From NCBI GenBank assembly GCA_021795215.1, contig JAJYPS010000001.1, positions 728 to 64,727 on the forward strand: a stretch of DNA of 64,000 nt. Direction: 5' to 3'. This stretch comes from Actinomycetes bacterium. Its GTDB lineage: Bacteria; Actinomycetota; Acidimicrobiia; Acidimicrobiales; JAKAOS01. Both the position numbers and the translations under genes were made by a program. The notes under the pieces were generated by a model. It made no database searches. It saw only the letters and a program-made list of their open reading frames with translations, and was not told the origin of the DNA. Positions 35,159 to 45,496 of the stretch are shown here, piece by piece (the stretch's first letter is position 1; the number at the start of each line of letters is the position of its first letter).

Positions 35159-35605
35159 TCAGCCGGGTACGACTTCCACCGTCACCCTGAACTCGACTTC
35201 GGAGTGGAGCTTCACCGGAACCTCGTGCGTGCCGATCGAACGAATCGGGTCGTCCACGACGAGCCGCCGCCGGTCCAGGTGAATCCCGGCCTGCTCCTCC
35301 ACTGCGTCGGCAATGTCTGCCGCAGTGACAGAGCCGAAGAGCTTCCCACTTGCACCTGCCCTGGCGGGAACCCGGATGACCATCGCCACCAGCCTCCGAG
35401 CCACCTGCTCGGCGTCCTCACGCGCCCGGGCATCCTTCACGTCCCGCGACTTCCTCATGAACGACGCCTGCGCCACCGTTCCCCCCGACGCAAGCAGCGC
35501 CAGGCCCTTGGGAACGAGATAGTTGCGGGCATACCCGTCGGCGACCTCCACTACGTCACCGCGCTTTCCCAGGCTCGGGAGATCGCTCCTCAGCACGAGC
35601 CTCAT
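35159..35605 (-). CDS. rplI: 50S ribosomal protein L9
   Basis: [40 protein letters not shown] coupling to rpsR. Confidence 0.95.
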   Translation of the reverse strand: MRLVLRSDLPSLGKRGDVVEVADGYARNYLVPKGLALLASGGTVAQASFMRKSRDVKDARAREDAEQVARRLVAMVIRVPARAGASGKLFGSVTAADIADAVEEQAGIHLDRRRLVVDDPIRSIGTHEVPVKLHSEVEFRVTVEVVPG

Positions 35606-35979
35606 TCGTCGGGCTCCCCGACCGCGGGCACAGCTTCGACCACCTCGGACGACGAACCCTCTGCACGAGCGGGCCGGCCACCCCGACCACCTCGGGACCC
35701 ACCACGTTCGCTCGGAGTTCGCTGAGTGTACGGCAGGAGTGCAAGCTCCCTTGCGGTCTTGATGGCCACGGCCACCGACCGCTGATGCTGGGAGCAGTTG
35801 CCGCTCACCCGGCGAGCCCGTATCTTGCCCCGGTCGCTCATGTACTTGCGAAGCGCTCCGATGTCCTTGTAGTCGATCCAATCGATGTGGTCGCTGCAGA
35901 AGAAGCAGACCTTCTTCTTTCCTCGGCGCGCCGCTTCCTTCGGTGCCCTCTTCCGTTCACGGTCGTTGCTGCGGGCCAT
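35602..35979 (-). CDS. rpsR: 30S ribosomal protein S18 with an RGG-rich acidic C-terminal extension
   Basis: [42 protein letters not shown]. The tail is [18 protein letters not shown]...EPDE. Confidence 0.9.
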   Translation of the reverse strand: MARSNDRERKRAPKEAARRGKKKVCFFCSDHIDWIDYKDIGALRKYMSDRGKIRARRVSGNCSQHQRSVAVAIKTARELALLPYTQRTPSERGGSRGGRGGRPARAEGSSSEVVEAVPAVGEPDE

Positions 35980-36452
35980 CAGAAGGGCTCCTCGTCGAAG
36001 CCGTAGCCTCCGCCTTGGCTGGTCGCCGCCGGCCCGGGTGCTGCGGCGGCCATCTCCCTCGCTCGAGGCGCCTCTCCCGGAGAGCGCCGCTCGTTCCGCG
36101 TGACCTGCGCCGTCGCCCAGCGAAGGGAAGGTCCGACCTCGTCAGCGATCACCTCCACCTTCGACCTCCGGTCCCCGTCCTGACTCTCCCAGCTGCGCTG
36201 TTCGAGTCGTCCCGTCACGATCACCCGCGCGCCCTTGAAGAGGCTCTCGCTGGCGTTCTCCGCCATCTCTCTCCAACAGACCACGTCGAAGTAGGACGTA
36301 GCCTCTTCCCACTCCTGGGTCTGGCGGTTCTGCCAGCGCCTGTTGACCGCCACACCAAAGGAGAGCGTCGCCTGCCCGTTGGGGGTGAAGCGCAGCTCCG
36401 GCTCACGAGTGACGTTGCCGACCAAGGTGACCGTGTTCCCGTTCATCGTCAT
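35979..36452 (-). CDS. ssb: single-stranded DNA-binding protein
   Basis: OB-fold N-terminus [21 protein letters not shown] and an acidic tip GFDEEPF. Start at MTMNGN. Confidence 0.95.
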   Translation of the reverse strand: MTMNGNTVTLVGNVTREPELRFTPNGQATLSFGVAVNRRWQNRQTQEWEEATSYFDVVCWREMAENASESLFKGARVIVTGRLEQRSWESQDGDRRSKVEVIADEVGPSLRWATAQVTRNERRSPGEAPRAREMAAAAPGPAATSQGGGYGFDEEPF

Positions 36453-36468
36453 CTGTCTCCGTTCTCTC

Positions 36469-36810
36469 TCAGACCGCCTCGGCCGCCCGCGCCGGAGGCT
36501 TCGGCCGATCGCGGCCTGAGACCTTCTCCGGGAGGCGGATGACCTTGTGGCGGAGTACCTCGTCAGCAAGGGAGAGGACCCGGTCTGCGTCGGCAACGCC
36601 CTCTGGTGTGGCACTCGCTTCGAGGAGCACGTAGTACCCCTCCCACTTGTGCGCCAGCTCGTAGGCGAAGCGGCGACGACCCCAGCGATCGAGCCGCCCC
36701 GGCGTGCCTCCGGCAGCCTTGATGGCTCCCGTCACACGGTCCAGGACCGCCCTAATCGCGTCCTCTTCGAGGCCAGCGTCGAAAATGATCGGAATTTCGT
36801 AGTGCCGCAA
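36469..36810 (-). CDS. rpsF: 30S ribosomal protein S6
   Basis: MRHYEIPIIFDAGLEE...WGRRRFAYEL. Confidence 0.95.
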   Translation of the reverse strand: MRHYEIPIIFDAGLEEDAIRAVLDRVTGAIKAAGGTPGRLDRWGRRRFAYELAHKWEGYYVLLEASATPEGVADADRVLSLADEVLRHKVIRLPEKVSGRDRPKPPARAAEAV

Positions 36811-36889
36811 TGCGGCTCACCTCCTCTGGACCCGGCAGTTGCCGGGGCCCCGGTGCATCCAGGGCAGGGGTAGTAGTGGCCTACCGATG

Positions 36890-37795
36890 CTAGTCCGCGC
36901 CGACTGCAGATGCGTCATCGACATCATGCCCGGTCGCTGTGACACCAAGACGGGCCTTCACCCAGTCCGCCAGTGGACCGCGGGCGGAGTAGCTCTCCGA
37001 CGGACCCGGGAACTCTCCGTTCCTCACGTCGTCCGCGTACTGACGAAGGGCCCGGACGGCCAGGGCGCCGACGTCCGCGTAGCGGCGCACGAAACGCGGC
37101 CGGGGAGCCGACGGGTCGGCATCTCCCATGCCCAGCAGGTCGTGCAGCACCAGCACCTGCCCGTCACATGCGGGCCCCGCACCGATACCGATCACGGGCA
37201 CCGGGCACGACCGGGTGACGAGGTCTCCTACGTCGGACGGCACGCCCTCCAGGACCAGGGCGAAGCATCCCGCCTCCGCCAGCACACGGGCGGAATCCAC
37301 CAGTTCCGACGCAGAGTCCACGTCGGACCCCTGAACCCGGTACCCCCCCATCGTGTGAACCGACTGAGGAGTGAGCCCGAGATGACCCATGACGGGGATG
37401 CCGGTGCCCACCAGAGTGGAGACCAGGTCCGGTCGGCAACCTTCCACCTTCACCGCACCCGCTCCCGCCTTCAGGAGACGCCCTGCGTTGCGAACCGCTT
37501 CGGCGGCATCGATCTCGTAAGACAACCAGGGCATGTCGGCCACTATCAGCACGCCCGGCTTGCCACGGGCGACCGCTCGGGTGTGATGCTCCATCTCGCG
37601 CATCCCCACCCCCAGAGTGTCGGACATCCCCAGGACCACCATGCCCACGGTGTCACCCACCAGCACCATGTCGATCCCGGCCTCTCCGGCGATGCCCGCG
37701 AACGGAGCGTCGTAGGCGGTGACCATAACGAGGGGCGACCCACCGGCCCCCTTCGACTGCGCGATCTCTCTGGGCGTAGCTGCGGGCACGAGCAC
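36890..37795 (-). CDS. panB: 3-methyl-2-oxobutanoate hydroxymethyltransferase
   Basis: PLVMVTAYDAPFAGIAGEAGIDMVLVGDTVGMVVLG and AVKVEGC. GTG start. Confidence 0.9.
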   Translation of the reverse strand: MLVPAATPREIAQSKGAGGSPLVMVTAYDAPFAGIAGEAGIDMVLVGDTVGMVVLGMSDTLGVGMREMEHHTRAVARGKPGVLIVADMPWLSYEIDAAEAVRNAGRLLKAGAGAVKVEGCRPDLVSTLVGTGIPVMGHLGLTPQSVHTMGGYRVQGSDVDSASELVDSARVLAEAGCFALVLEGVPSDVGDLVTRSCPVPVIGIGAGPACDGQVLVLHDLLGMGDADPSAPRPRFVRRYADVGALAVRALRQYADDVRNGEFPGPSESYSARGPLADWVKARLGVTATGHDVDDASAVGAD

Positions 37796-37909
37796 AGACC
37801 TCCTGCCGTCCAGCGCCCGAAGCTGCCGGCGGCGAGCACCATCCTACGGCCCGCCGGCCGGAGATGTCGGGGAGGCACCTGGCACGAGGGGGAACCGTTC
37901 GGCGAACGG

Positions 37910-38344
37910 TCAGTCCCCTCCGACCAGCTCCATCCGGAACAGGTGGTTCCAGCAGCAGTTCGGGCAGACCTCGACCACATAACACGCAGACCGCTGGGAT
38001 CGTCCCGCAAGCTCCCCGATTGCCGCGACAGACGCCAGGCAGCGCCCCCTCGCAGGTAGTCGCGGCCCGAAAGCATAAGCCACCAGGACAACCCGTGACT
38101 CCGTACATATGGGACAGTCGATCGAGGTCGGCTGTCCCAAGTTGCGGGCAGCCCGCATCAGCTCGGGATGCGCGTCGCACACATCCCCACGACCGAGCCG
38201 CCCCAGGCGAAACTCACGTACGACGGCCTCGCGCCGGAGCCGATAGTCGATGTGCCCGCTCTGGCGACGTGCCAGACCACCTTGGAGGCCCGGGGGCCCG
38301 AAGCTCACCGCACCAGGGTAGCGAAACCTCGCCGGTTGCCGCAT
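37910..38344 (-). CDS. DUF5318-family protein (conserved actinobacterial partner of PadR/ino1)
   Basis: IDYRLRREAVVREFRLGRLGRGDVCDAHPELMRAA...CPIC...YVVEVCPNCCWNHL. Start at ATG 38344. Confidence 0.8.
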   Translation of the reverse strand: MRQPARFRYPGAVSFGPPGLQGGLARRQSGHIDYRLRREAVVREFRLGRLGRGDVCDAHPELMRAARNLGQPTSIDCPICTESRVVLVAYAFGPRLPARGRCLASVAAIGELAGRSQRSACYVVEVCPNCCWNHLFRMELVGGD

Positions 38345-38414
38345 CGGCGGGCACGGGCGCGGGCGTCGCGACAGGGAAGGCCGGCTTGACATTCCACCCA
38401 CGGTCCAGTCACAA

Positions 38415-38439
38415 TCGATGTATCGTGGCGATACATCGA
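38415..38439. promoter_or_regulatory. perfect 11-3-11 inverted repeat TCGATGTATCG-tgg-CGATACATCGA (candidate PadR operator)
   Basis: Seen directly in the 299-bp DUF5318/PadR divergent spacer. It contains the ATGT...ACAT half-sites typical of PadR operators. Confidence 0.6.
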
Positions 38440-38643
38440 CGAGAACGGGACGAACGCTCGACGCAGGATGGCACCCGGCGAGGGCAGAGCGCGGCGGGAG
38501 AGCCCAGCGAGATTCGTGCCGAGGGCAGCACACGCCGTTCGACGTTCGAGGCAACGTCCGGCGTAAGTGCTACGCGGCTGGAAGAAGAAAGGGGGCCGGA
38601 AGAGCGGCTGGAGGAAAAGGCGCGGCCGGAGCGCTCCGAAGCG

Positions 38644-39264
38644 TTGGGCGTGGTGCCGGTCGCTCTGCTGGCTTTGTTGCAGGACGGCCCGCGTCACGGT
38701 TACGAGCTGCGCACCCTGCTCGGAGAGGTTCTGTCCTGCGAAGCGCGTTCGTCGGCGGTCTCGTTCGGATCGCTTTACCCCGCCCTCGCCCGACTGGAGA
38801 GCGAAGGCCTCATCGAGTGCGACAGTCATTCGGCTCCCTTGCCGATCCCCGCGACGGGCTCCCTGACCGGCGAGCTGGCTGCGGTGCGGGCCGGGGAGGA
38901 GCACCGGTGGTCCTGGACCGCCTCGACACCTGCCACCAAGCACGCGCGCAACAGACGGGTCTACCGCCTGACCCCCCTCGGAGCAGCCCGGCTGGACGGG
39001 GCCCTGTCGGACTCGTCGGCCGCTCACGACGACAGGGCGTTCACTCTCCGGCTCGCGTTGGGCGACCGGCTCGGCCCGTTGCAGCGGAGAGACCTATTGG
39101 AGGTCCGAGTGCAGGCGCTCGAAGAGAAGTTGCGCCGGCTCGGAGGCGGACGCTCAGTCGGCAACGGATGGAGGGGAGCAGGAAGGGACCGCGCCGTCGC
39201 ACTGGTCCGAGCCGAGCTGTCCTGGCTCTCGGAGTTACGCCACGGACGTAGAGAAGGAGACTGA
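38644..39264 (+). CDS. PadR-family transcriptional regulator
   Basis: [21 protein letters not shown]...[17 protein letters not shown]. The start is uncertain (TTG 38644 chosen; GTG 38650/38653 or far-upstream GTG 38425 are possible). Confidence 0.8.
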   Translation: MGVVPVALLALLQDGPRHGYELRTLLGEVLSCEARSSAVSFGSLYPALARLESEGLIECDSHSAPLPIPATGSLTGELAAVRAGEEHRWSWTASTPATKHARNRRVYRLTPLGAARLDGALSDSSAAHDDRAFTLRLALGDRLGPLQRRDLLEVRVQALEEKLRRLGGGRSVGNGWRGAGRDRAVALVRAELSWLSELRHGRREGD

Positions 39265-39265
39265 C

Positions 39266-40396
39266 ATGGGCAAGATACGGATGGCGATAGCCGGGGTCGG
39301 GAACTGCGCCAGCTCCCTTGTGCAGGGGATCGGCTACTACAAGGACGCGGTCCCAGGCGAGCAGGTGCCCGGGCTGATGCACGTCGACTTGGGTGGCTAC
39401 CACGTGTCGGACATCGAGATCGTGGCGGCGTTCGACGTGGACGCGGCCAAGGTGGGTGAGGACGTCGGCAAGGCCGTCTTCGCCGGGCTGAACAACACGA
39501 TCCGCTTCGCCGACGTGGCGGACCTCGGGGTGCAGGTCTCCAGGGGCCCGACGCTCGACGGCTTGGGCCGCTACTACAAGGACGTGGTGGAGGAGTCGGC
39601 CGAACCGCCTGTCGACGTGGCTGACGTCTTGCGCCGCAGCGGAGCAGAGGTGTTGGTGGGTTACCTGCCCGTGGGATCGGAGAAGGCCCAGCGGCACTAC
39701 GCCGAGGCGTGCCTGGAGACCGGCGTTGCTTTCGTCAATGCCATCCCCGTGTTCATCGCGTCGGACCCGGAGTGGGCGGCACGGTTCACGGCTGCGGGCA
39801 TCCCGATAATCGGGGACGACATCAAGAGCCAGTTGGGTGCGACCATAGCGCACCGTGTCCTGTCGCGCCTGTTCGAGGACCGAGGCCTGACCATTGACCG
39901 CACGTACCAGCTCAATGTGGGTGGCAACATGGACTTCAGGAACATGCTCGACCGCGATCGCCTGGAGTCGAAGAAGGTGTCCAAGACGCAGGCTGTGACT
40001 AGCCAGGTCGACAACGGGATCGAGGCCCACAACGTCCACATAGGGCCGTCTGACCACGTGCCGTGGCTGGAGGACCGGAAGTGGGCCTACATCCGGTTGG
40101 AAGGGCGAAACTTCGGCGACGTGCCCGTGAACGTGGAGCTGAAGCTGGAAGTGTGGGACTCGCCCAACTCTGCCGGGGTCATAATCGACGCTGTCAGGTG
40201 CGCCAAGATCGCTCTCGATCGGGGCATCGGTGGCCCGTTGACCGGTCCTTCGGCCTACTTCATGAAGTCCCCTCCTCGGCAGTATCGAGACGAAGAGGCT
40301 CGCCAGATGGTCGAGACGTTCTTATCCGGCGGTGAGCCGGAGCAGCGAACGACCGAGCGGCCGGAAGTGAGCTCCGGCAACCAGACGAGCTGCTGA
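39266..40396 (+). CDS. ino1: myo-inositol-1-phosphate synthase
   Basis: [28 protein letters not shown] and the conserved [12 protein letters not shown] and NVGGNMDF motifs. Confidence 0.95.
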   Translation: MGKIRMAIAGVGNCASSLVQGIGYYKDAVPGEQVPGLMHVDLGGYHVSDIEIVAAFDVDAAKVGEDVGKAVFAGLNNTIRFADVADLGVQVSRGPTLDGLGRYYKDVVEESAEPPVDVADVLRRSGAEVLVGYLPVGSEKAQRHYAEACLETGVAFVNAIPVFIASDPEWAARFTAAGIPIIGDDIKSQLGATIAHRVLSRLFEDRGLTIDRTYQLNVGGNMDFRNMLDRDRLESKKVSKTQAVTSQVDNGIEAHNVHIGPSDHVPWLEDRKWAYIRLEGRNFGDVPVNVELKLEVWDSPNSAGVIIDAVRCAKIALDRGIGGPLTGPSAYFMKSPPRQYRDEEARQMVETFLSGGEPEQRTTERPEVSSGNQTSC

Positions 40397-40398
40397 CG

Positions 40399-41040
40399 GT
40401 GGACTCTCTGCTCTACGGCCCGGATGGTCCGAGCGAGAGCGATCTGCGGCTCCTGGGCGACGTGAGAGGGAAGAGGGTCGTGGAGCTGGGTTGCGGTACG
40501 GGAGCGAGCTCGATCGCGCTGGCCCGTTCCGGGGCGGTTGTCATATGCATCGACGCTTCCGCCGACAAGCTCGCCGGAGCCCGGCGGCTGGCGGAGAAGG
40601 AGGGCGTGCGGCTGGAGACTCGACGGGCGGAGCCGGGAAGCATGCCCTTCCTCGCAGCCGATTCGGTAGACGCCGTGCTGAGCATCTACTCCCTTGGCCA
40701 CCCGGAAGAAGCCGACCGGGTGTTCAGGCAGGCGCAGCGGGTGCTCCGGCCGGGCGCTGCGCTGATAGTGAGCGTGGCGCACCCGGTCAGACTGATGCTG
40801 GACGGTTCCGACGACGAGCCAGACGAGTCAAGTGGGCTGACGTACTTCGACGAAGGTGGCCAACGCGAGGCCCGCGAGCGCCGCTACCGCCACACGGTGG
40901 AGTCACTGTTCTCAGCCTTGTGCCGCTCGGGCCATCGTGTCGACGCACTGTTGGAGCCGCGGCCAAGAGGGGGCGGTGCTGCGACTACTTCGAAGATTCC
41001 ACAGACTTTGATCTTGCGCGCCCGGAAGATGGGGGCCTGA
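40399..41040 (+). CDS. class I SAM-dependent methyltransferase
   Basis: VVELGCGTGASSIALARSGAVVICIDAS. It starts 2 nt after the ino1 stop. Confidence 0.8.
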   Translation: MDSLLYGPDGPSESDLRLLGDVRGKRVVELGCGTGASSIALARSGAVVICIDASADKLAGARRLAEKEGVRLETRRAEPGSMPFLAADSVDAVLSIYSLGHPEEADRVFRQAQRVLRPGAALIVSVAHPVRLMLDGSDDEPDESSGLTYFDEGGQREARERRYRHTVESLFSALCRSGHRVDALLEPRPRGGGAATTSKIPQTLILRARKMGA

Positions 41041-42454
41041 CCTCGGTCTCGCCGGGTGATCCTGGCTCGGCCGCCCGGCGCTGCCGCCACCACGAGGACA
41101 GGGTCTCCGAGGCCCGCTCCGTCCCGAGCGGGCCCTCGTCCAGACGCAGTTCGAGAAGGAACGAGAGGGCTTCTCCGACGACCGGACCGGGGGGCACTCC
41201 CAGCAGTCTCATCACTTCGGTGCCGTCAAGGTCCGGCCTGATCGAATCGAGCTCCTCCTTCGCCCGTAGTTCGACGATCCTCTGCTCCAACTGGTCCATC
41301 CTCCTGGAGAGGGCCCTGGCCTTGGACTCGTTCCGGGTCGTGCAGTCGCATCGGGTCAGCTCGTTCAGACGATCAAGCTGGGAACCGGCGTCCCGGACGT
41401 ACCGGCGGACCGCTCTGTCGCTCCATCCCAATCGGTACGTGTGGAATCGAAGGTGCAGCTCCACCAAGCCCGCCACCACTTCCACATCCTCCTGGGAGTA
41501 GCGCAGCCGACGCATCCTCTCCCTGGTCATGCGGGCGCCGACGACGTCGTGATGGTGAAAGCTGACCCCTTCGGGGCCAACCGAACGGGTAGTCGGCTTC
41601 CCGATGTCGTGGAACAACGCGGCCAACCGCAGGAGTCGGTCGGGCCTGGTCTTGGCCACGACGGCGATGGTGTGAGCCAACACGTCCTTGTGCCTGTGCA
41701 CCGGGTCCTGCTCCAGCGCCAGCGCCGGCAGCTCGGGCAGGAACCGGCCAGCCATTCCCGTCTTGACCAAGAGCCACAGTCCCGCGCTGGGATCCGGCAC
41801 CACCATCAGCTTGTCCAGCTCGTCCCGAATCCTCTCGGCGCTGACGATCTGCAGGCGGTCGGCCATCGCCGTCATCGCCTTCGACAGCGCCGGGTCCGGC
41901 TTGAGGCCGAACCTCGCCACGAAGCGGGCCGCCCTGATCATCCTGAGCGGGTCCTCCTCGAACGACAGCTCAGGCGACAGCGGCGTTCGCAGCCTGCCCG
42001 CGGACAGATCTTCGAGGCCGCCGAAGGGGTCCACGAGCCGCACCCCCGGAAGCTCCAGGGCCATGGCGTTGACCGTGAAGTCGCGCCTCGACAGATCCTC
42101 CTCCACGCGATCCGAGAAGCGGACGACCGGCTTTCTAGAGTCCGGACGGTAGACCTCGGCCCTGTGCGTGGTGATCTCGTAAGTTCGTCCACCGAGCCTT
42201 GCCGCCACGGTCCCGAACCGCTTGCCCTGCAGCCACACCTTGGCGCCCGAGCCGCGAAGCAACCGCTCCACCTCGTCGGGGCCGGCGTCGGTCGTCATGT
42301 CCAGGTCGACATCGGGATCCCCCAGCCGGTCCGGACGAGCGAATAGGTCCCGTACCACTCCACCTACGAGGTAGATCCGGAAGCCGGCTTCGGTGAATCG
42401 GCAGGCGAGCGGCGACACCTCGTCGAGGACCGGTCTCAGCCTCTCTGGTATCAA
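40985..42454 (-). CDS. cca: CCA tRNA nucleotidyltransferase (actinobacterial PcnA/Cca type with HD domain)
   Basis: YLVGGVVRDLF, DVDLDMTT, RTPLSPELSFEEDPLRMIRAARF and FHDIGKP. TTG 42454 is chosen as the start. The track ORF runs to 42661. Confidence 0.85.
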   Translation of the reverse strand: MIPERLRPVLDEVSPLACRFTEAGFRIYLVGGVVRDLFARPDRLGDPDVDLDMTTDAGPDEVERLLRGSGAKVWLQGKRFGTVAARLGGRTYEITTHRAEVYRPDSRKPVVRFSDRVEEDLSRRDFTVNAMALELPGVRLVDPFGGLEDLSAGRLRTPLSPELSFEEDPLRMIRAARFVARFGLKPDPALSKAMTAMADRLQIVSAERIRDELDKLMVVPDPSAGLWLLVKTGMAGRFLPELPALALEQDPVHRHKDVLAHTIAVVAKTRPDRLLRLAALFHDIGKPTTRSVGPEGVSFHHHDVVGARMTRERMRRLRYSQEDVEVVAGLVELHLRFHTYRLGWSDRAVRRYVRDAGSQLDRLNELTRCDCTTRNESKARALSRRMDQLEQRIVELRAKEELDSIRPDLDGTEVMRLLGVPPGPVVGEALSFLLELRLDEGPLGTERASETLSSWWRQRRAAEPGSPGETEVRPPSSGRARSKSVESSK

Positions 42455-42524
42455 CCCGGCACACCCGCCGGATCGGGCAGCAGACCGCTCCCACGAATCT
42501 CGCCCGGCACGCAAGTAGAATAGA

Positions 42525-42575
42525 GGGGCGGGTGCCTGGACGGGGCGGGTGCCTGGACGGGGCGGGTACGTGGGC
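42525..42575. repeat. 17-bp tandem repeat x3 (ggggcgggtgcctggac; third copy degenerate)
   Basis: 42525-42541 is identical to 42542-42558. 42559-42575 is ggggcgggtacgtgggc. Confidence 0.9.
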
Positions 42576-42642
42576 CTGCCAAATATTCGGGCGTGCCACA
42601 CCGCCCTCAGCGCCCCGCCACCAAAGTAAGATCCAGCCCACG

Positions 42643-43365
42643 GTGGGGGATCTGCAGGCACAGCTGGTCAGCTGGCGCGGCGAGGGAGCCAGGATCGGGC
42701 CCCTCCCGGGGGACGAGGGCTCGGCGAGGCTCACATTTCTGTCTCCCGACCGCCCTCCGTCGCAGGAGCTCGTCGCCCACTGCATGAGCCGGCTGGCCTC
42801 ACTGGCGTACAGCAGGGCCCTCACTTCTGCCGTCGGCGCCGCCACCGAGTCCGTACTGGCTGCTTGCGGGTTCCAGGTGGCTGAAGAGATGGTGGTATTG
42901 ACCAAGCAGCTCGACCGGGACCAGCCGTCTGCCGTGCCGCCTCCGGGGTTCAGCCTTCGGCGGTCCCGTCGGCGATCAGCGTCTGGAGTTCTCCTCCTGG
43001 ACGCAGCGTCGTTCCCTCCGGAGTGGAGGCTGGGTGGTATGGGACTTCGAGAAGCCCTGCGCGCGACGCCACGCAGCCGAATGAGCATCGTCCACGGGCC
43101 GCACCCCGCCGGCTATGCGATCACCGGGATGGGGCACACAGGGGGTTTCGTGCAGCGATTGGCAGTGTCGCCGGAGCATCGCCGGGCAGGGATAGGGACA
43201 GCTCTGCTGAGCGACGGGCTGGCATGGCTGCACAGGCAGGGCGCCGTGCAGGCGACGGTCAACACCCAGTCCACCAACCAGGTCGCTCTCTCGCTCTACC
43301 GTCGCCTCGGGTTCGAACGCAGCTCGCAACGGATGGCCGTCATGAGCGTCTCCAAATTCAATTGA
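42643..43365 (+). CDS. GNAT-family N-acetyltransferase
   Basis: The C-terminal acetyl-CoA site is QRLAVSPEHRRAGIGTALL...LYRRLGF. The GTG 42643 start is tentative. Confidence 0.7.
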   Translation: MGDLQAQLVSWRGEGARIGPLPGDEGSARLTFLSPDRPPSQELVAHCMSRLASLAYSRALTSAVGAATESVLAACGFQVAEEMVVLTKQLDRDQPSAVPPPGFSLRRSRRRSASGVLLLDAASFPPEWRLGGMGLREALRATPRSRMSIVHGPHPAGYAITGMGHTGGFVQRLAVSPEHRRAGIGTALLSDGLAWLHRQGAVQATVNTQSTNQVALSLYRRLGFERSSQRMAVMSVSKFN

Positions 43366-43466
43366 GCCTTCAATCGAGCCGTTCGTCGCTCCGTCGAAGC
43401 GGGCAGTCGGGCCAGCATCGCGAGAGGCCCGGGGGACCCCACCGTTCCTCTCGGGGCGGCGTGCGC

Positions 43467-45482
43467 ATGGCAAAGGCGCTCCTCGTGGCGGTGCTGACGT
43501 CGATGCCAGCGGTCGCATTCGGCCCGGCTACGTCAGCCTTCGGGGCCGGCCCGAAAGGCAGCCGCAGTCACACCGGCACGAGGCCGGTGCTCCAGAGCCA
43601 GACCGGCTGGGTGCGGCCCGGCGGTACTTTCTCGCTACGGATCGGAGCGTCAGGGGCCGGCAGCCTCACCGGGCTGGACGTCTCGGCATCCGTCTTCCCC
43701 CCGGTCGTGAACCGGTCAGAGCTCTCGCTGGTCTTCGGCGGCCAGGAGCAGGCGCCGCAGCTTGCGTCGAGCGCCCCGGTACCGGCCCGCCAGTTGGCCA
43801 CTCGGAGCGGTTCGGTGCAGATCCAGGTCGGGGTCGGCTCCCGGGCCGGATCGGGCGCGGCTCCGCTGGTCGACGTTCCGGCCCTTCCGCCATGCGGCGG
43901 TGTGTGCGCGGGCGTCTACCCGTTGCTGGTCGAGTTCACCAGGCCAGGCAACGGCGCCGTCGTCGCCAGCCTGACCACGGAGATACTGGTGAGCGGACCG
44001 GCCTACTATCCCCTGCACTTCTCCTGGGTCGTGCCGATATCGTCCCCTCCTGCAGTCGGGCCGACCGGTGTCCCGACCGTTACCGTTTCCGACATGCGCC
44101 TCCTTTCGTCGGAAGCCGTGGCATTGGCGTCGACCGCCGGGAGCCCACCCGTCCTCGCCCCGGACCCGTCGACGCTGTCGGCACTCTCCGCAAGGGCTTC
44201 CGGCCATTCGGCGCTTGCGGCTTCGCTGCTGAGGAGGCTGTCCCAGATCGCGAACAGACCGGGACAGCAGGTGCTGGGCCAGCCCCTGGAGATGCTCGGC
44301 CCCTCGCCGTTCGCACGGGCACGTCTGGGTCCCTCGTTCACCACACAGCTGAGCCTGGGCCTGAGGGTCGAGAAGTCTGCTCTGCGGGTCGTCCCCACCG
44401 TCTCCGCTTGGGTCTCCGGACCCGAGTTTCGGCAAGAGGGCCTGCCCCTGCTACCCCGGGCAACCACCTCGTTGGTCCTCGCTCCCAACGACCTGGTGTC
44501 GCACAGCTCCAACCTGACTCCCGATCATGCGTTCGCCGTGGCCGGCAAGGCACGCCTCCACGCCGTGGTGTCGGACCCGGGACTCGCTTCTCTGCTCCCC
44601 AAGAGTGCTCACGAGTCGGTGCTGGCCGCCCACGAGGCCCTAGCGACCCTTGCCCAGACGTACTTCGAGAGCCCCAACGACCCAGTGCCGCGGGGAGTGG
44701 TCCTGGTTGTCCCACCTACCTGGAGGGCGAGGCCGACCTTCATTGCGAGCTTCGCGAGAGGCCTGGCGTCCAGCCCCGTCGTCTCCACGGCGAACCTCTC
44801 CACGCTCTTCTCCCTCCTGCAGCCTCCGCCCGCCTCCACTGCTCGCCACCTCCGTAGATCACAGCACCCGTCCTCGTCGCTCCGCGGCGGGGTCGCCCGG
44901 GCCCAGCGCCGCCTCGAAGCGCTGTCGTCGATGACGGCGGCACCCACCCAGCTCCTCTACATGCAGGAGTGCATGGCGGTGGCGGAGTCCCCGCGGGCGA
45001 GCCCCTCTTCCCGCCGGAGCTCGTTGGCGACGCTGGCGCACCTGGAACGCGCCATCGTGGGCGGCATGGCGATCGCCAGCGACCAGACGGTCACACTGAC
45101 GGCGAGGACAGGCCGACTGCCGCTGACGATCACGTCGTCCTACGGCAAACCGCTCCAGGCGATAGTCACCCTCTACAGCGACAAGCTGACGTTTCCTGCC
45201 GGCAGGTCCCAGACGGTCCGCTTGCTCGACCACAATGCGACGGTCACGTTCCTGGTCAGCGCCAGGACGGCGGGGGACTCACCCCTGCGGGTACGGGTTT
45301 TCTCGCCAAAGGGACATCTTCTCGTGATCGAACGGCGGCTGACGGTACGGGTGACGGCGGTGTCGGTGGTGGCCGTCGTTCTCACTGTTGGTGCAGTCTC
45401 GTTCCTGCTGTTGTGGTGGCTGAGGTCGGTTGTGCGGGGCCGGCGCAGTCGCAACAGGAACCTCGTGCCGGCCCGCGGTTGA
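43467..45482 (+). CDS. large secreted protein with a C-terminal membrane anchor (DUF6049-like; occupies the Rv3909 position next to murJ)
   Basis: Signal peptide MAKALLVAVLTSMPAVAFGPATSAFG and C-terminal helix VVAVVLTVGAVSFLLLWWL followed by basic residues. The family name rests on synteny and general resemblance only. Confidence 0.65.
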   Translation: MAKALLVAVLTSMPAVAFGPATSAFGAGPKGSRSHTGTRPVLQSQTGWVRPGGTFSLRIGASGAGSLTGLDVSASVFPPVVNRSELSLVFGGQEQAPQLASSAPVPARQLATRSGSVQIQVGVGSRAGSGAAPLVDVPALPPCGGVCAGVYPLLVEFTRPGNGAVVASLTTEILVSGPAYYPLHFSWVVPISSPPAVGPTGVPTVTVSDMRLLSSEAVALASTAGSPPVLAPDPSTLSALSARASGHSALAASLLRRLSQIANRPGQQVLGQPLEMLGPSPFARARLGPSFTTQLSLGLRVEKSALRVVPTVSAWVSGPEFRQEGLPLLPRATTSLVLAPNDLVSHSSNLTPDHAFAVAGKARLHAVVSDPGLASLLPKSAHESVLAAHEALATLAQTYFESPNDPVPRGVVLVVPPTWRARPTFIASFARGLASSPVVSTANLSTLFSLLQPPPASTARHLRRSQHPSSSLRGGVARAQRRLEALSSMTAAPTQLLYMQECMAVAESPRASPSSRRSSLATLAHLERAIVGGMAIASDQTVTLTARTGRLPLTITSSYGKPLQAIVTLYSDKLTFPAGRSQTVRLLDHNATVTFLVSARTAGDSPLRVRVFSPKGHLLVIERRLTVRVTAVSVVAVVLTVGAVSFLLLWWLRSVVRGRRSRNRNLVPARG

Positions 45483-45496
45483 CCGGCGCCGCAGCC

